64,000 nt of DNA from Bdellovibrionia bacterium (GTDB lineage Bacteria; Bdellovibrionota; Bdellovibrionia; Bdellovibrionales; JAGQZY01), in assembly GCA_030427805.1 (NCBI GenBank), contig JAUICP010000003.1, positions 131,758-195,757 on the forward strand, read 5' to 3'. The stretch's first letter is position 1. Each line of letters begins with the position of its first letter. The notes beneath the pieces are model-generated. The model saw only the letters and a list, made by a program, of their open reading frames with translations. It ran no database searches and was not told the origin of the DNA. The position numbers were made by a program, and so were the translations under genes. This document shows, piece after piece, positions 37,459 to 46,186 of the stretch.

Positions 37459-39447
37459 ATGAATAGAGTTCTCGAAAACACTAGAACTATGCTGAACTTT
37501 TTCTGCTTACTTATACTCGCTCTACCATTTGCACGAGCAGACGTGGCCCCGTCGGATCCCCAAGAATTAGTTATGATTTATGGAGATCCACTCGGCACCT
37601 CTCTTTTTGCTGACTATGTTAGAAAAGTGGAATTCCAAATCGAGAAGTCAGACCAAAACCTTCTGAATGATCTCGCTTTTCGCGTCAAAACCACGGGCTC
37701 CGAATTAGGTGTTGCGACCTTTGATCAAGGTAGCCCTGTTGACCTGGCTTACAGTAGAGCTCCAGAGAAATTCTATGTCGATCCACAAAATCTCCGTAGA
37801 CTCCTTTCGGTTCCGACGAGTGAAGTTCGCTTCACCGGAATTCAAGAACTGGGTTCATTCATACCTCCATTATTTTTTGGCTATACAAAGGCCATCGATG
37901 AACTTCAGGTGATTTCATTTAACAAACACACCAAAGAGTATGAATTCTTAGTGATCAATAACTACGGCATCGACAAAAAAGCAGAGATGTTTCGACCCAA
38001 AAGAAAGTTTTGTATTTCATGTCACCAATCGGGAACTCCTCACTTTAGTCGTCGTCCGTGGAAAACAACAGTTTTTGGCAATGAAACTTTACTGGCTGAG
38101 GCCGAAGACGAAGGCGTCAAGCTGGCAGCCGCAGCCGCCTCTTTCGATAGCTCGATTCAAGAAAGTGCCGAGGCCCTACAGGCCCTGAATGTTTGCGACA
38201 CAGCCTGCCCGCCAGAAGATCTTGCCTGTAAAAAAAGACTCCTCTCTTACGTTTTTCTCGGCCCCAAAATAAAAAGAGAAAATCACCAAGATCAATCGCG
38301 CTACTATCGATTTTTTAATAATGATTTCAAGGTGAATTTTTCTGGAACATGGCCCGACGACGACTATTCCTACCCTTCCAACGTGATCACTCAATACGAC
38401 CCTACAAAAACTGAAACGGACTACTATCTCTTTAGTCAGACACTGGATCCCACGCATATCGCAGAAACATTTTATAACTTCAACGGGAGCCGTCCGGGAA
38501 AAGACCACTCTCTTTTCTATGCCCAGTTAGGTAAGCTCAATTCTGAAGTCGCTTTTACCTACTTAACAGAGTTTAGGGGGACGCTCGATTTTGAAGAAGT
38601 CGCAAAGCGCGTAGATGGTTTGAGTCGTCACACCATTGACGACAACATTCACGGTACGGGGCTCGAAAACCCTGTCAGTTTAAGACCTCACGTGGGCCAT
38701 ATCCCACTCGATTTTGCTCCTGAGGCCCTTATGAAAGCGGGCAACCTCGGCGCTTGTCATTTTATGCATGAGGAGCAAATTTACAGGTTCAATCGCAAAA
38801 AAAGTATTGGGCAAATCTATAACTACTTTATGAATGACCCACAGGTAAATGACTTGATATCAAATCAGTGGCCGCTCAGTTATGAGCAAATTAATCAACT
38901 GATTCGATCGACGAGAAAGTTGGAAATCGCAGAGATTCCGATCAATTTAAATATTCCAGATAGAGAGACCGAATTGCGACAAAGGGCCCAAGAAAAAATA
39001 AAAACCCTCGCCCAAGCCCCCCCTGCCGTGGATCTCGGTCAAGACTTAAAAGACATCAATTGTGATTCAACCACCAAGTACCTTATCAAAGGTGTCATCA
39101 AAAACGATTTTGACCTTTTTAAAACTGAACTGCGAGCTCTCGAGTCAGCAGAAAAGCCCCCATGGACGCGGGAGAAAACAAAAGAAACAATTCAACGGTC
39201 CTGCGGCCACTGTCACGACCCCGCCCATGAAAAAACGATACTCCCAGTGAGTCTCGACTTCTATGGTTTAAAACTCTGGGGAACTCAATACGACCGCGAA
39301 AACTTAACTCTTGAAAAAGTAGCCTGCATGAATATGCCTCCCGCTATTTTCAAGACAAAGCCCCATCTTGACAACGGCACTCCGGTGATGCTGACCCCCG
39401 AAGAACGGGCTAATATCGTTTATTGGTTAAAAAGAGAAGTTGATTGA
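37459..39447 (+). CDS. Secreted CxxCH-motif protein (putative dihaem c-type protein), paralog 2
   Basis: Signal peptide from ATG 37459. CISCH (38021-38035) followed by FSRRPW. Second CGHCH at 39202-39216. Confidence 0.5.
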   Translation: MNRVLENTRTMLNFFCLLILALPFARADVAPSDPQELVMIYGDPLGTSLFADYVRKVEFQIEKSDQNLLNDLAFRVKTTGSELGVATFDQGSPVDLAYSRAPEKFYVDPQNLRRLLSVPTSEVRFTGIQELGSFIPPLFFGYTKAIDELQVISFNKHTKEYEFLVINNYGIDKKAEMFRPKRKFCISCHQSGTPHFSRRPWKTTVFGNETLLAEAEDEGVKLAAAAASFDSSIQESAEALQALNVCDTACPPEDLACKKRLLSYVFLGPKIKRENHQDQSRYYRFFNNDFKVNFSGTWPDDDYSYPSNVITQYDPTKTETDYYLFSQTLDPTHIAETFYNFNGSRPGKDHSLFYAQLGKLNSEVAFTYLTEFRGTLDFEEVAKRVDGLSRHTIDDNIHGTGLENPVSLRPHVGHIPLDFAPEALMKAGNLGACHFMHEEQIYRFNRKKSIGQIYNYFMNDPQVNDLISNQWPLSYEQINQLIRSTRKLEIAEIPINLNIPDRETELRQRAQEKIKTLAQAPPAVDLGQDLKDINCDSTTKYLIKGVIKNDFDLFKTELRALESAEKPPWTREKTKETIQRSCGHCHDPAHEKTILPVSLDFYGLKLWGTQYDRENLTLEKVACMNMPPAIFKTKPHLDNGTPVMLTPEERANIVYWLKREVD

Positions 39448-39477
39448 CGAGTAACCTGTAAGACAAACCTTAAACGG

Positions 39478-40329
39478 TTAAACCGAGGCCCCTAAATAGA
39501 TACCGATACTCTTATTATTGATGGGGTCCGCCACAAGAGCCTTGCCTGTAATTTCATGGGATTTCGTAACATAGAGACTGAGATCCTCCGAGTAGCGACA
39601 AATTTCTTTGGATAGGAGTTTCTCTTTAGCCAAAAATGAGTGATTCATTCCCTTTTCATCGATAAGAGAAATTTCATCACCGGGCTCCCCCCAGAAAAGA
39701 AGAGATGAGAGGTCTTTGCTGAAAATTCGATTCTTGCCGGGGCTCTTCTCTACCATGACTGAAAAAAGGAGGTCGTAAAAATCTCGACCCTGCACTCCCT
39801 CGGAAAAGCTACTTTTAGATAAATCCTCTGCATATAAATCGACGGCGACGGCCAACGAAAATATCGACCAAAACTCTGACAACACTTTTTGGACGCGTCC
39901 AAAGGCCATTGACGGCCTCAGTCCGCTTCGACAGTTTAAAATGAGTATGATTCTTTTTGTGCCCAACGATTGTAGAACTGAAAGATGAAAGCGAATTAAC
40001 TTGGGATCCATGTTTTCAGGGTCAATCACAAAAAAAACGACGTCTGAATATAAAACCCCACTGAGGGTCACATCAAAGCGACTCAAGTGCCCCGGGTCAT
40101 CATGAAAATGCAGTCGATACCCCGAAACTTCACAAAAATTATGACTCACGTTCCAAGTGATATTTTTTTCTCGTTCAAAACTAAGACTATCGGTAATTTG
40201 GCTCCACTCTTCAAAGGCTTCAAGCCGATCCGACCAATGGGAGAGTAAGCGCCCTAACAAAGTCGACTTGCCACTATTGACCGCTCCTAAGCTGGCAATT
40301 TTAATATATCGCTCACTCCTTGATTTCAA
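39478..40329 (-). CDS. CysN-like GTPase-fold protein, truncated and divergent (283 aa)
   Basis: P-loop GAVNSGKSTLLGRLL and DDPGH (G3) match sulfate adenylyltransferase subunit 1. The NKxD position reads NCRS. TTG start overlaps the cysD stop (TTGA). Confidence 0.55.
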   Translation of the reverse strand: MKSRSERYIKIASLGAVNSGKSTLLGRLLSHWSDRLEAFEEWSQITDSLSFEREKNITWNVSHNFCEVSGYRLHFHDDPGHLSRFDVTLSGVLYSDVVFFVIDPENMDPKLIRFHLSVLQSLGTKRIILILNCRSGLRPSMAFGRVQKVLSEFWSIFSLAVAVDLYAEDLSKSSFSEGVQGRDFYDLLFSVMVEKSPGKNRIFSKDLSSLLFWGEPGDEISLIDEKGMNHSFLAKEKLLSKEICRYSEDLSLYVTKSHEITGKALVADPINNKSIGIYLGASV

Positions 40330-41234
40330 AAGTACCCCTCGCGTTTTCTTACCTCCATAGAGTACTCAGAAAAAGAGTCGTCTTCCCGCGAAGCCCGCTC
40401 CCTAGTTTTCAACCTATGATTTTCCGAAATGATCTCTGGTAAAATTTGGGCCTCCGACCGGATCGGTCTGGAATTGGTCATATCGCCAATGGTTCGAAAG
40501 CGGACAAGGGTTTCGATGCCTTCGCCCTCGTAATCACCGAAGGAAGCCAGTTTTAAACTCCCATCAGCTCGTTCAATAGTTCTACGCCGATGGGAATAGT
40601 AGAGTGAGCATAACTCAATTTTTCTAAAATGGGCGTAGCTGAGCACATCCTTTTCAAGCCAATTGTTGAGGGGAAAAGTTCTATAGTGAAAACCCGCCTC
40701 AGAGCCGAGCCCAATCCATGGCCAAATCTCAGCACTCTCATCTTCGGGTCGCCACGAGGAGTCCCGGTTAGAACGCTTTGAAAAAAACACTTCTTTTTGC
40801 CGGGCCTTATCTTCATCCCGCCGTCCGCCCCCGAGTAAAATATCATAGCCTTTTTCTTTTAGGACTTTCTTTAACGAGTGACTCTGGGAACGGTTTAAGC
40901 CAATTTTTGCATCGTTGACCACTTTTTCGATGACACAGGTTCTACCGGACCCTTGGAATATTTGATCGCGAAAGTTAATAACTTCTGAAAAATTCTTACC
41001 CGTGTCGATGTGAATTAGGTCATAGGATTTACCGCAGCTTTGGGCTGACATCTCAGCCAGAGCATGAAGAATCGTGGAGTCCTTACCGCCCGAAAAAAGG
41101 AGTCCTATCTTTGAGAAGTTTTGAAAAACACGGTCCAAAACAAATCGAGCTTCACTTTCAAGAAAATCAAGAACACTTTGATCTGTCAGAAACTTCTCCT
41201 CACGCCCGGACGTTCCCAATTCTAATCGATCCAC
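40326..41234 (-). CDS. cysD: Sulfate adenylyltransferase subunit 2 (PAPS-reductase fold)
   Basis: LFSGGKDSTILHAL PP-motif and a CysD-like length. GTG 41234 overlaps the cysC stop (GTGGATCGATTAG) and is preferred over the track ATG at 41273. Confidence 0.75.
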   Translation of the reverse strand: MDRLELGTSGREEKFLTDQSVLDFLESEARFVLDRVFQNFSKIGLLFSGGKDSTILHALAEMSAQSCGKSYDLIHIDTGKNFSEVINFRDQIFQGSGRTCVIEKVVNDAKIGLNRSQSHSLKKVLKEKGYDILLGGGRRDEDKARQKEVFFSKRSNRDSSWRPEDESAEIWPWIGLGSEAGFHYRTFPLNNWLEKDVLSYAHFRKIELCSLYYSHRRRTIERADGSLKLASFGDYEGEGIETLVRFRTIGDMTNSRPIRSEAQILPEIISENHRLKTRERASREDDSFSEYSMEVRKREGYF

Positions 41235-41746
41235 TTTTTCGCCTGGAGTTGCTTTTGAATTTCTGCAATACATGACTCGGGCGAAACACCTTCTGTACTC
41301 AAAGAAAGATCTGGGTTCAAAGGGACTTCAAATGGATCGTCAATTCCAGTAAAATTCTTCAAGGCCCCGCTTCGGGCCTGCTTGTATAGACCCTTCGGGT
41401 CCCTCTCTTCGCAAATTTCAAGGGGCGTCGATAGATAGACTTCAAAATAGTGATTCAAGCGTTCTCGAGCCGCTTTTCGCGCTTCTTCGTAGGGAGATAT
41501 TGTCGATACAATGACGAAATCAACATCTTTCAATTCCTTGATTTCATCGGTTATTTCCAAGTTGTTGTTGATTCGTCCCACTTTTGAAAAATCAGAATTT
41601 TTCTTGGTTTTTCGTCGAAGATCACCGTCGATTCTTTCGACCTTAAATGCTTTGACTTTGAGAGCTTGGGCTAAGAGGTCAGATAGGTGAGATTTGCCCG
41701 CTCCAGAAAGTCCAATAAACCATATTACCTTGGGAGTATTATTCAT
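41222..41746 (-). CDS. cysC: Adenylylsulfate (APS) kinase
   Basis: IWFIGLSGAGKSHL P-loop, IDGDLRR, ISPYEEARKAARE, ERDPKGLYKQARSGALKNFTGIDDPFE. Confidence 0.9.
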   Translation of the reverse strand: MNNTPKVIWFIGLSGAGKSHLSDLLAQALKVKAFKVERIDGDLRRKTKKNSDFSKVGRINNNLEITDEIKELKDVDFVIVSTISPYEEARKAARERLNHYFEVYLSTPLEICEERDPKGLYKQARSGALKNFTGIDDPFEVPLNPDLSLSTEGVSPESCIAEIQKQLQAKKWID

Positions 41747-41852
41747 TGCGTCCTTGGATTCACACCTTTACTATCAATTAGTTATATTTAGGAGTAATCT
41801 ACCCAAGAATCAATCTTATTTGAAAAATAAGAGATTACCGAGGGAGGTCAAA

Positions 41853-42479
41853 TTGGAGCCCGAGGAACTGATAGAGTCATTGACTCCTGATAATAGGACT
41901 AAAGTAGGTATCAAAATGAGTGGAGGCACCGATAGCTCCCTTGCCGCTTACCTACTCGCAAAAAAATTTTCTAGAGACTCAAAAAAACGCCAAATAATTC
42001 CAATCATAATTACCGAACCAAAAGCTCCATTTCAATTACAGTTTGCCTCTCAAGTCATTGCCTTTATAGAGTCTCAATTTGCCTTTCGGTTTCAGACTCC
42101 AGAAACCTTTCTCCTCCAACAAGAAGACAAAATTGACTTTATGAGAACCATAGAAAATCAACTTTTTACCAACGATACCGTCGACCTTGTGATTTCAGCT
42201 GTTACCCACGAACCCAAAGATCCGACGTTTGATTACAAACACGGGCCAGATGATGATCGAACCCAAGAAAACCAAAAAAACCTTTGGGACGACCGCATTC
42301 TTACTCCCTTTATCAACATCGACAAAAAAGAAATTGCTGATTACTATGTCAAAAATGATCTCATTGAAAGTTTATTTAATCTCACAAGAAGCTGTGTGAG
42401 TACCACAAAAGACTTTTCCTTCCATTGCGGGAAGTGCTGGTGGTGTAAGGAGCGGCTTTGGGCATTTGGAAGGCTCTAA
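41853..42479 (+). CDS. QueC/ExsB-like PP-loop ATPase
   Basis: GIKMSGGTDSSLAAYLL (SGGxDS). C-terminal Cys cluster SCVS...HCGKCWWCKER, like the QueC zinc site. TTG 41853 is preceded by GGGAGG; the track ORF opens at 41694. Confidence 0.6.
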   Translation: MEPEELIESLTPDNRTKVGIKMSGGTDSSLAAYLLAKKFSRDSKKRQIIPIIITEPKAPFQLQFASQVIAFIESQFAFRFQTPETFLLQQEDKIDFMRTIENQLFTNDTVDLVISAVTHEPKDPTFDYKHGPDDDRTQENQKNLWDDRILTPFINIDKKEIADYYVKNDLIESLFNLTRSCVSTTKDFSFHCGKCWWCKERLWAFGRL

Positions 42480-42482
42480 AAA

Positions 42483-43181
42483 GTGATTAATAATAAAGAA
42501 GTAGAAAATATCGTCGTGATCAGTGCTGACCGAAATGGCAGCACGGCCTTTATGCACGAAGTACAAAGAGTTAAATCTGACAATTGCGATCACGAAATTT
42601 TCTTGGGCGAGTGTTTTTCTCAGGACGAAACAAAAAACCAACCTCCCAAATGGTGGACCCCTGAGAAGTACAGTCCTTCTCAGGTTGTCGATACAATAAA
42701 TTATGGCACTGGAAAACCCGTCATCCTAAAGGTTCAAATGACTTGGCCCAATTTCAATTCGAGTTATTTTGAAATCAATGCCTTTGAAAGGATATTTTTT
42801 CACAGAAACCTTGTCGAAAGCACCTTATCTCGCTGTATCGCCCAACTAACGGGCGTCTGGCATCGGAAGAAAGGTGAAACGCCTGCAAATAGCTCTCAGC
42901 CAATTTACGTCGATCCTGGGTATTTTCTCGAGCGATTTAACTATCGACTCGAAAGATATGAAAAGTACCTCGACGATATTTTTACGTGGAGCAGTAAGGT
43001 GGTTAACTATTCCAACTTTCAGTATTCTACCGAAAATCCTATTCTCAAAAACGCCAGTCAATCTGATCGAGTCGAAAACTACCATGAAATTTTGAGCTTG
43101 AAGACACCTCAACTTAAGTCCACAATCATTGACGATAGAGTCAATAACCATAGCAAACGCGTAGATAAGCTCTCATATTAG
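42483..43181 (+). CDS. Putative sulfotransferase (NodH/Stf0-like)
   Basis: GTG start. N-terminal VVISADRNGSTAF resembles the RSGST 5'-PSB loop. FFHRNLVESTLSRCIAQLTGVWH resembles the R-x-N/D...S...A...TG-x-W region of NodH/Stf0. Lies next to the PAPS genes. Confidence 0.5.
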   Translation: MINNKEVENIVVISADRNGSTAFMHEVQRVKSDNCDHEIFLGECFSQDETKNQPPKWWTPEKYSPSQVVDTINYGTGKPVILKVQMTWPNFNSSYFEINAFERIFFHRNLVESTLSRCIAQLTGVWHRKKGETPANSSQPIYVDPGYFLERFNYRLERYEKYLDDIFTWSSKVVNYSNFQYSTENPILKNASQSDRVENYHEILSLKTPQLKSTIIDDRVNNHSKRVDKLSY

Positions 43182-43219
43182 TATTTGAAGTCAGGACTCG
43201 ACTTCTATAAAATGAGAAT

Positions 43220-44407
43220 ATGTCTACTTTTTTGCGACGTTTTAGTGTTCAAATCCCATTTCTCATAATTTTCTTGTACAGCCAAATCGGTATGGGTAAC
43301 GATCAAGCTTTTTACGAGTTCTATCAAGGAAAACCAGTTTCAGACACAAAGGCGTGTGCCGATTTTCTATCTAAAAACGACAATCTTCAGAGAATTGCAT
43401 ACACGGTGAGCCATGAAGGAAAATCACTCGATCAAAAATGCTTGATAGAAGCCATTGAAAAAGTACCCTACACCTATTTTTATAACGTAAAAAGCTTCCA
43501 GGAATCCTACGACCTCATTTCGTACTACGACGCCCTTGTGCTAAGAGTGGGGCTCGCAAATGCTGATGCCTTAGTAAAACTCATTAAGCTTCTAAAAAAT
43601 GCAAGTCGTTTTGAACGTGTAACAAGCTATTCGAAGATTTGCCTCGATCGTTTTAAAGAAAAAACCTATAAAACCTGTGCCGCTGATTTATTGTATTCAT
43701 TAGCTTACATCAATTCAGACGAGAAAAGCTTTCAGAAGTATTTCCAAGAAGGCCTAGAAAAAGCTCGTAAATCCTCACCGACAAGTGAATTCTACTTCAT
43801 GTTTAATGAACTTAGGTTCTACGCCTTCAGGAATAATTTTCCAAAGGTCAGGGACATCCTTCGAAAAATGAGCTCTTCCGCTGTAATGAAGACCTGCTAC
43901 GACTGCCGAGCCAATATAATAATGGCGAGATCCTACTATTTGGCTCTTCAGGGCAAATTTCGATTAGCGAAAAAACTTTTAGATACCATTGATCAGTCAA
44001 AACTTTCTAATTCCGATAAGGAGTTCCTACGTAATAGTTATCTTGAAGTTTATCCATACCTATACGACTTTGATTCCGTTAAAAAGATTAAAGACCAATC
44101 TGGTAAAATCCTCAATCCTCCGGACTCCTATTCTAATCCACGATTATTTAACCAGCTCGGCATTATTATGATAATTAGTGAATACATCGAAACTGGCAAA
44201 ACCCCTGAAAGGCTTACGGCCGATTATCTCAATAGCATTAAAAGCTCGAGCCAAAGAGAGTACTTAAAGTACGAAATCGACACCTACAATGGCGTCGCCA
44301 AAGATAAACCAGTTTTTCCGGATTTCGTTAAATACATTGAATCTAGAATTAATTATGTGACTAAAGCCCGAAAAGACTACGCTGATAAGAGTAAGACCTC
44401 GAAGTGA
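43220..44407 (+). CDS. Hypothetical helical-repeat (TPR-like?) protein
   Basis: 395-aa ORF with a hydrophobic N-terminus and predicted all-helical composition. No catalytic motif seen. Confidence 0.4.
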   Translation: MSTFLRRFSVQIPFLIIFLYSQIGMGNDQAFYEFYQGKPVSDTKACADFLSKNDNLQRIAYTVSHEGKSLDQKCLIEAIEKVPYTYFYNVKSFQESYDLISYYDALVLRVGLANADALVKLIKLLKNASRFERVTSYSKICLDRFKEKTYKTCAADLLYSLAYINSDEKSFQKYFQEGLEKARKSSPTSEFYFMFNELRFYAFRNNFPKVRDILRKMSSSAVMKTCYDCRANIIMARSYYLALQGKFRLAKKLLDTIDQSKLSNSDKEFLRNSYLEVYPYLYDFDSVKKIKDQSGKILNPPDSYSNPRLFNQLGIIMIISEYIETGKTPERLTADYLNSIKSSSQREYLKYEIDTYNGVAKDKPVFPDFVKYIESRINYVTKARKDYADKSKTSK

Positions 44408-45576
44408 AAAAGCTAAAGTGCTACTATCCGGATCATTACACCTACATCGATGCCGTAGGTGACACCTACTATTGTTGCTACTCCCGGGGGCACTCAAGAG
44501 GGTCCATCCTCAAAGAAAACCTTGAAGATATTTTCAGGGGTCACACCTATGCTGAAATTCGTGAAAAACTAAAGGGCGGAGAATTTCCTGCTGGGTGCTT
44601 TACCTGTTCCAATTTAGAAAAGTCAGGACTCAGCTCTCCTCGGACCAAAAAAGAAATAGTACGAGATGGCCCCCCTCGATTACAAGAAATCGAAATGAAG
44701 TTGAGCAATAAGTGTAATTTTCGCTGTCGCATGTGCTACATAGGAAGCAGTTCGAGATGGGCAGAACTCCCTGAAATTCAAAGAAAGTATCGCAAGTCCG
44801 AAAGTCAAACCGAAGAATTTGACCAATCTATTGAAAAACACCTTCAACTTAAGCCCTATGCTAGCTGGCTTTCTAAAGAAAATCACTCTTTACAAAACAT
44901 ATTAGATTCTATGGGGGCCGTTGAACGAATTTCGTTTTCGGGAGGAGAGCCACTTTACCAAAACGAACACTACGACTTTCTAGACGCGATTCCGAAAGAT
45001 CAGAAGAGAAAAATTGAACTCTTTTATACGACAAACCTTTCAATGCTTAAGTTTGAGGGAAAAGCCATTGATCACTACTGGAACGACTTCAAGAGTGTCG
45101 AGCTGCAAGTGAGTGCTGATGGTGTTTACGACGTTTATGACTATATTCGAGAGGGTGGAAAATTCTCAACTCTTGAAAAAAATTTAAAGACAATTTCAAG
45201 TTGGGATTCGATCATTCGTACGAGTATCAACTGTACGATCCAAGCCTATAATATCTTTCAGATTCCAGAGATTACCCAATATTATCATTCAGAATTTCCA
45301 GATTTTGAGTTAAGACTCGCACACCTGGTGAACCCCCAATTCTTGTCTTCTCGAGTCTTCCCCAAAGTAACCACTGAGCAAATTCTTAAAAGAATTGAGA
45401 GTGCTAGCTACTCAGACACGACAAGTCCACAGGAAAACATCGACTTTATCAAGTCCGAGGACCTCAGCCACCTCTATGAAAAGTTTATGGCCTATACAGG
45501 TGAACTCGACAAGGAGTCTCATACAAGCTTTCGTGACTTAGCCAAGAAGTACGATATCATTTTGGAAGAAAAATAG
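44404..45576 (+). CDS. Radical SAM enzyme with an N-terminal Cys-rich (twitch/SPASM-like) module
   Basis: GTG start overlapping the upstream stop. CNFRCRMC (CX3CX2C) after an N-terminal C-x17-CC (with GDTYYC) and CFTC. Confidence 0.75.
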   Translation: MKKLKCYYPDHYTYIDAVGDTYYCCYSRGHSRGSILKENLEDIFRGHTYAEIREKLKGGEFPAGCFTCSNLEKSGLSSPRTKKEIVRDGPPRLQEIEMKLSNKCNFRCRMCYIGSSSRWAELPEIQRKYRKSESQTEEFDQSIEKHLQLKPYASWLSKENHSLQNILDSMGAVERISFSGGEPLYQNEHYDFLDAIPKDQKRKIELFYTTNLSMLKFEGKAIDHYWNDFKSVELQVSADGVYDVYDYIREGGKFSTLEKNLKTISSWDSIIRTSINCTIQAYNIFQIPEITQYYHSEFPDFELRLAHLVNPQFLSSRVFPKVTTEQILKRIESASYSDTTSPQENIDFIKSEDLSHLYEKFMAYTGELDKESHTSFRDLAKKYDIILEEK

Positions 45577-45586
45577 GTCAGACGAC

Positions 45587-46033
45587 TTAAACAAATCGAT
45601 CAGTGACTTGAAGTACCGATGAAAGTTGACAAACAATACGATCACCCCTGCGCTTCGAAGGCAGTGCGAACATACTGTTCATCAAATTGAGATGCTGTAA
45701 GTAGTGCTGCTTAGAATTATATGCGGTTTCAAAAACCAAACTGTTGTCAGCACTATCAAAATACCGGTTCACCCGGCGCCCTGACACACCTAAAGACTTC
45801 AATAGATTTGTAAATGAAACTTGCTCCTCTGGGAGGTCGTGATCGAGCCAAAAATCTTCAAAAGACTCATAGACTTTTCCAGGGTGAAGACTGGACCGGA
45901 ACCGAGACTCTACGATAAATTGTCCATTGTTCTGCTCACCTACTTCACGGCCAGGCAGAAAACTCCCGAAAATTGGCTTACCAACTATAGGGGCGCAGAA
46001 GCCTAAAACTTGTAACAATTTACGTCTATTCAT
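45587..46033 (-). CDS. Hypothetical protein with an RR-containing N-terminus
   Basis: MNRRKLLQVLGFCAPIVG N-terminus. 148 aa. No family recognised. Confidence 0.45.
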   Translation of the reverse strand: MNRRKLLQVLGFCAPIVGKPIFGSFLPGREVGEQNNGQFIVESRFRSSLHPGKVYESFEDFWLDHDLPEEQVSFTNLLKSLGVSGRRVNRYFDSADNSLVFETAYNSKQHYLQHLNLMNSMFALPSKRRGDRIVCQLSSVLQVTDRFV

Positions 46034-46131
46034 AAATCAATCCTCGTCTGAACCCAGATCTCTTAAGTATAGAATATAATGAGATTATATGCTTTAATTT
46101 TAACATGAAAAATCTCATTTTGAACAATTCA

Positions 46132-46160
46132 CTGACCTTTTGACCATAATTGCATAGAAT
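46132..46160 (+). promoter_or_regulatory. Candidate sigma70-type promoter for the 46187 operon
   Basis: CTGACC-N17-TAGAAT, ending 27 nt upstream of ATG 46187. The -35 element is weak. Confidence 0.25.
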
Positions 46161-46186
46161 GGGCTAAATCACTAAGAATGTGAGAA

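Noticed and set aside
46034-46186. Tiny ORFs in cluster intergenic regions as RiPP precursor peptides. Examples are MKNLILNNSLTF at ~46105, MRLYALILT at ~46078, and MGNVEMRSNTLIA in 58919-59020.
   Set aside because: They are 8-13 codons long with no RBS, leader-like region or Cys/Ser/Thr-rich core. They cannot be distinguished from chance. The cluster also carries amino/oxo-acid metabolism genes that argue against a pure RiPP logic.
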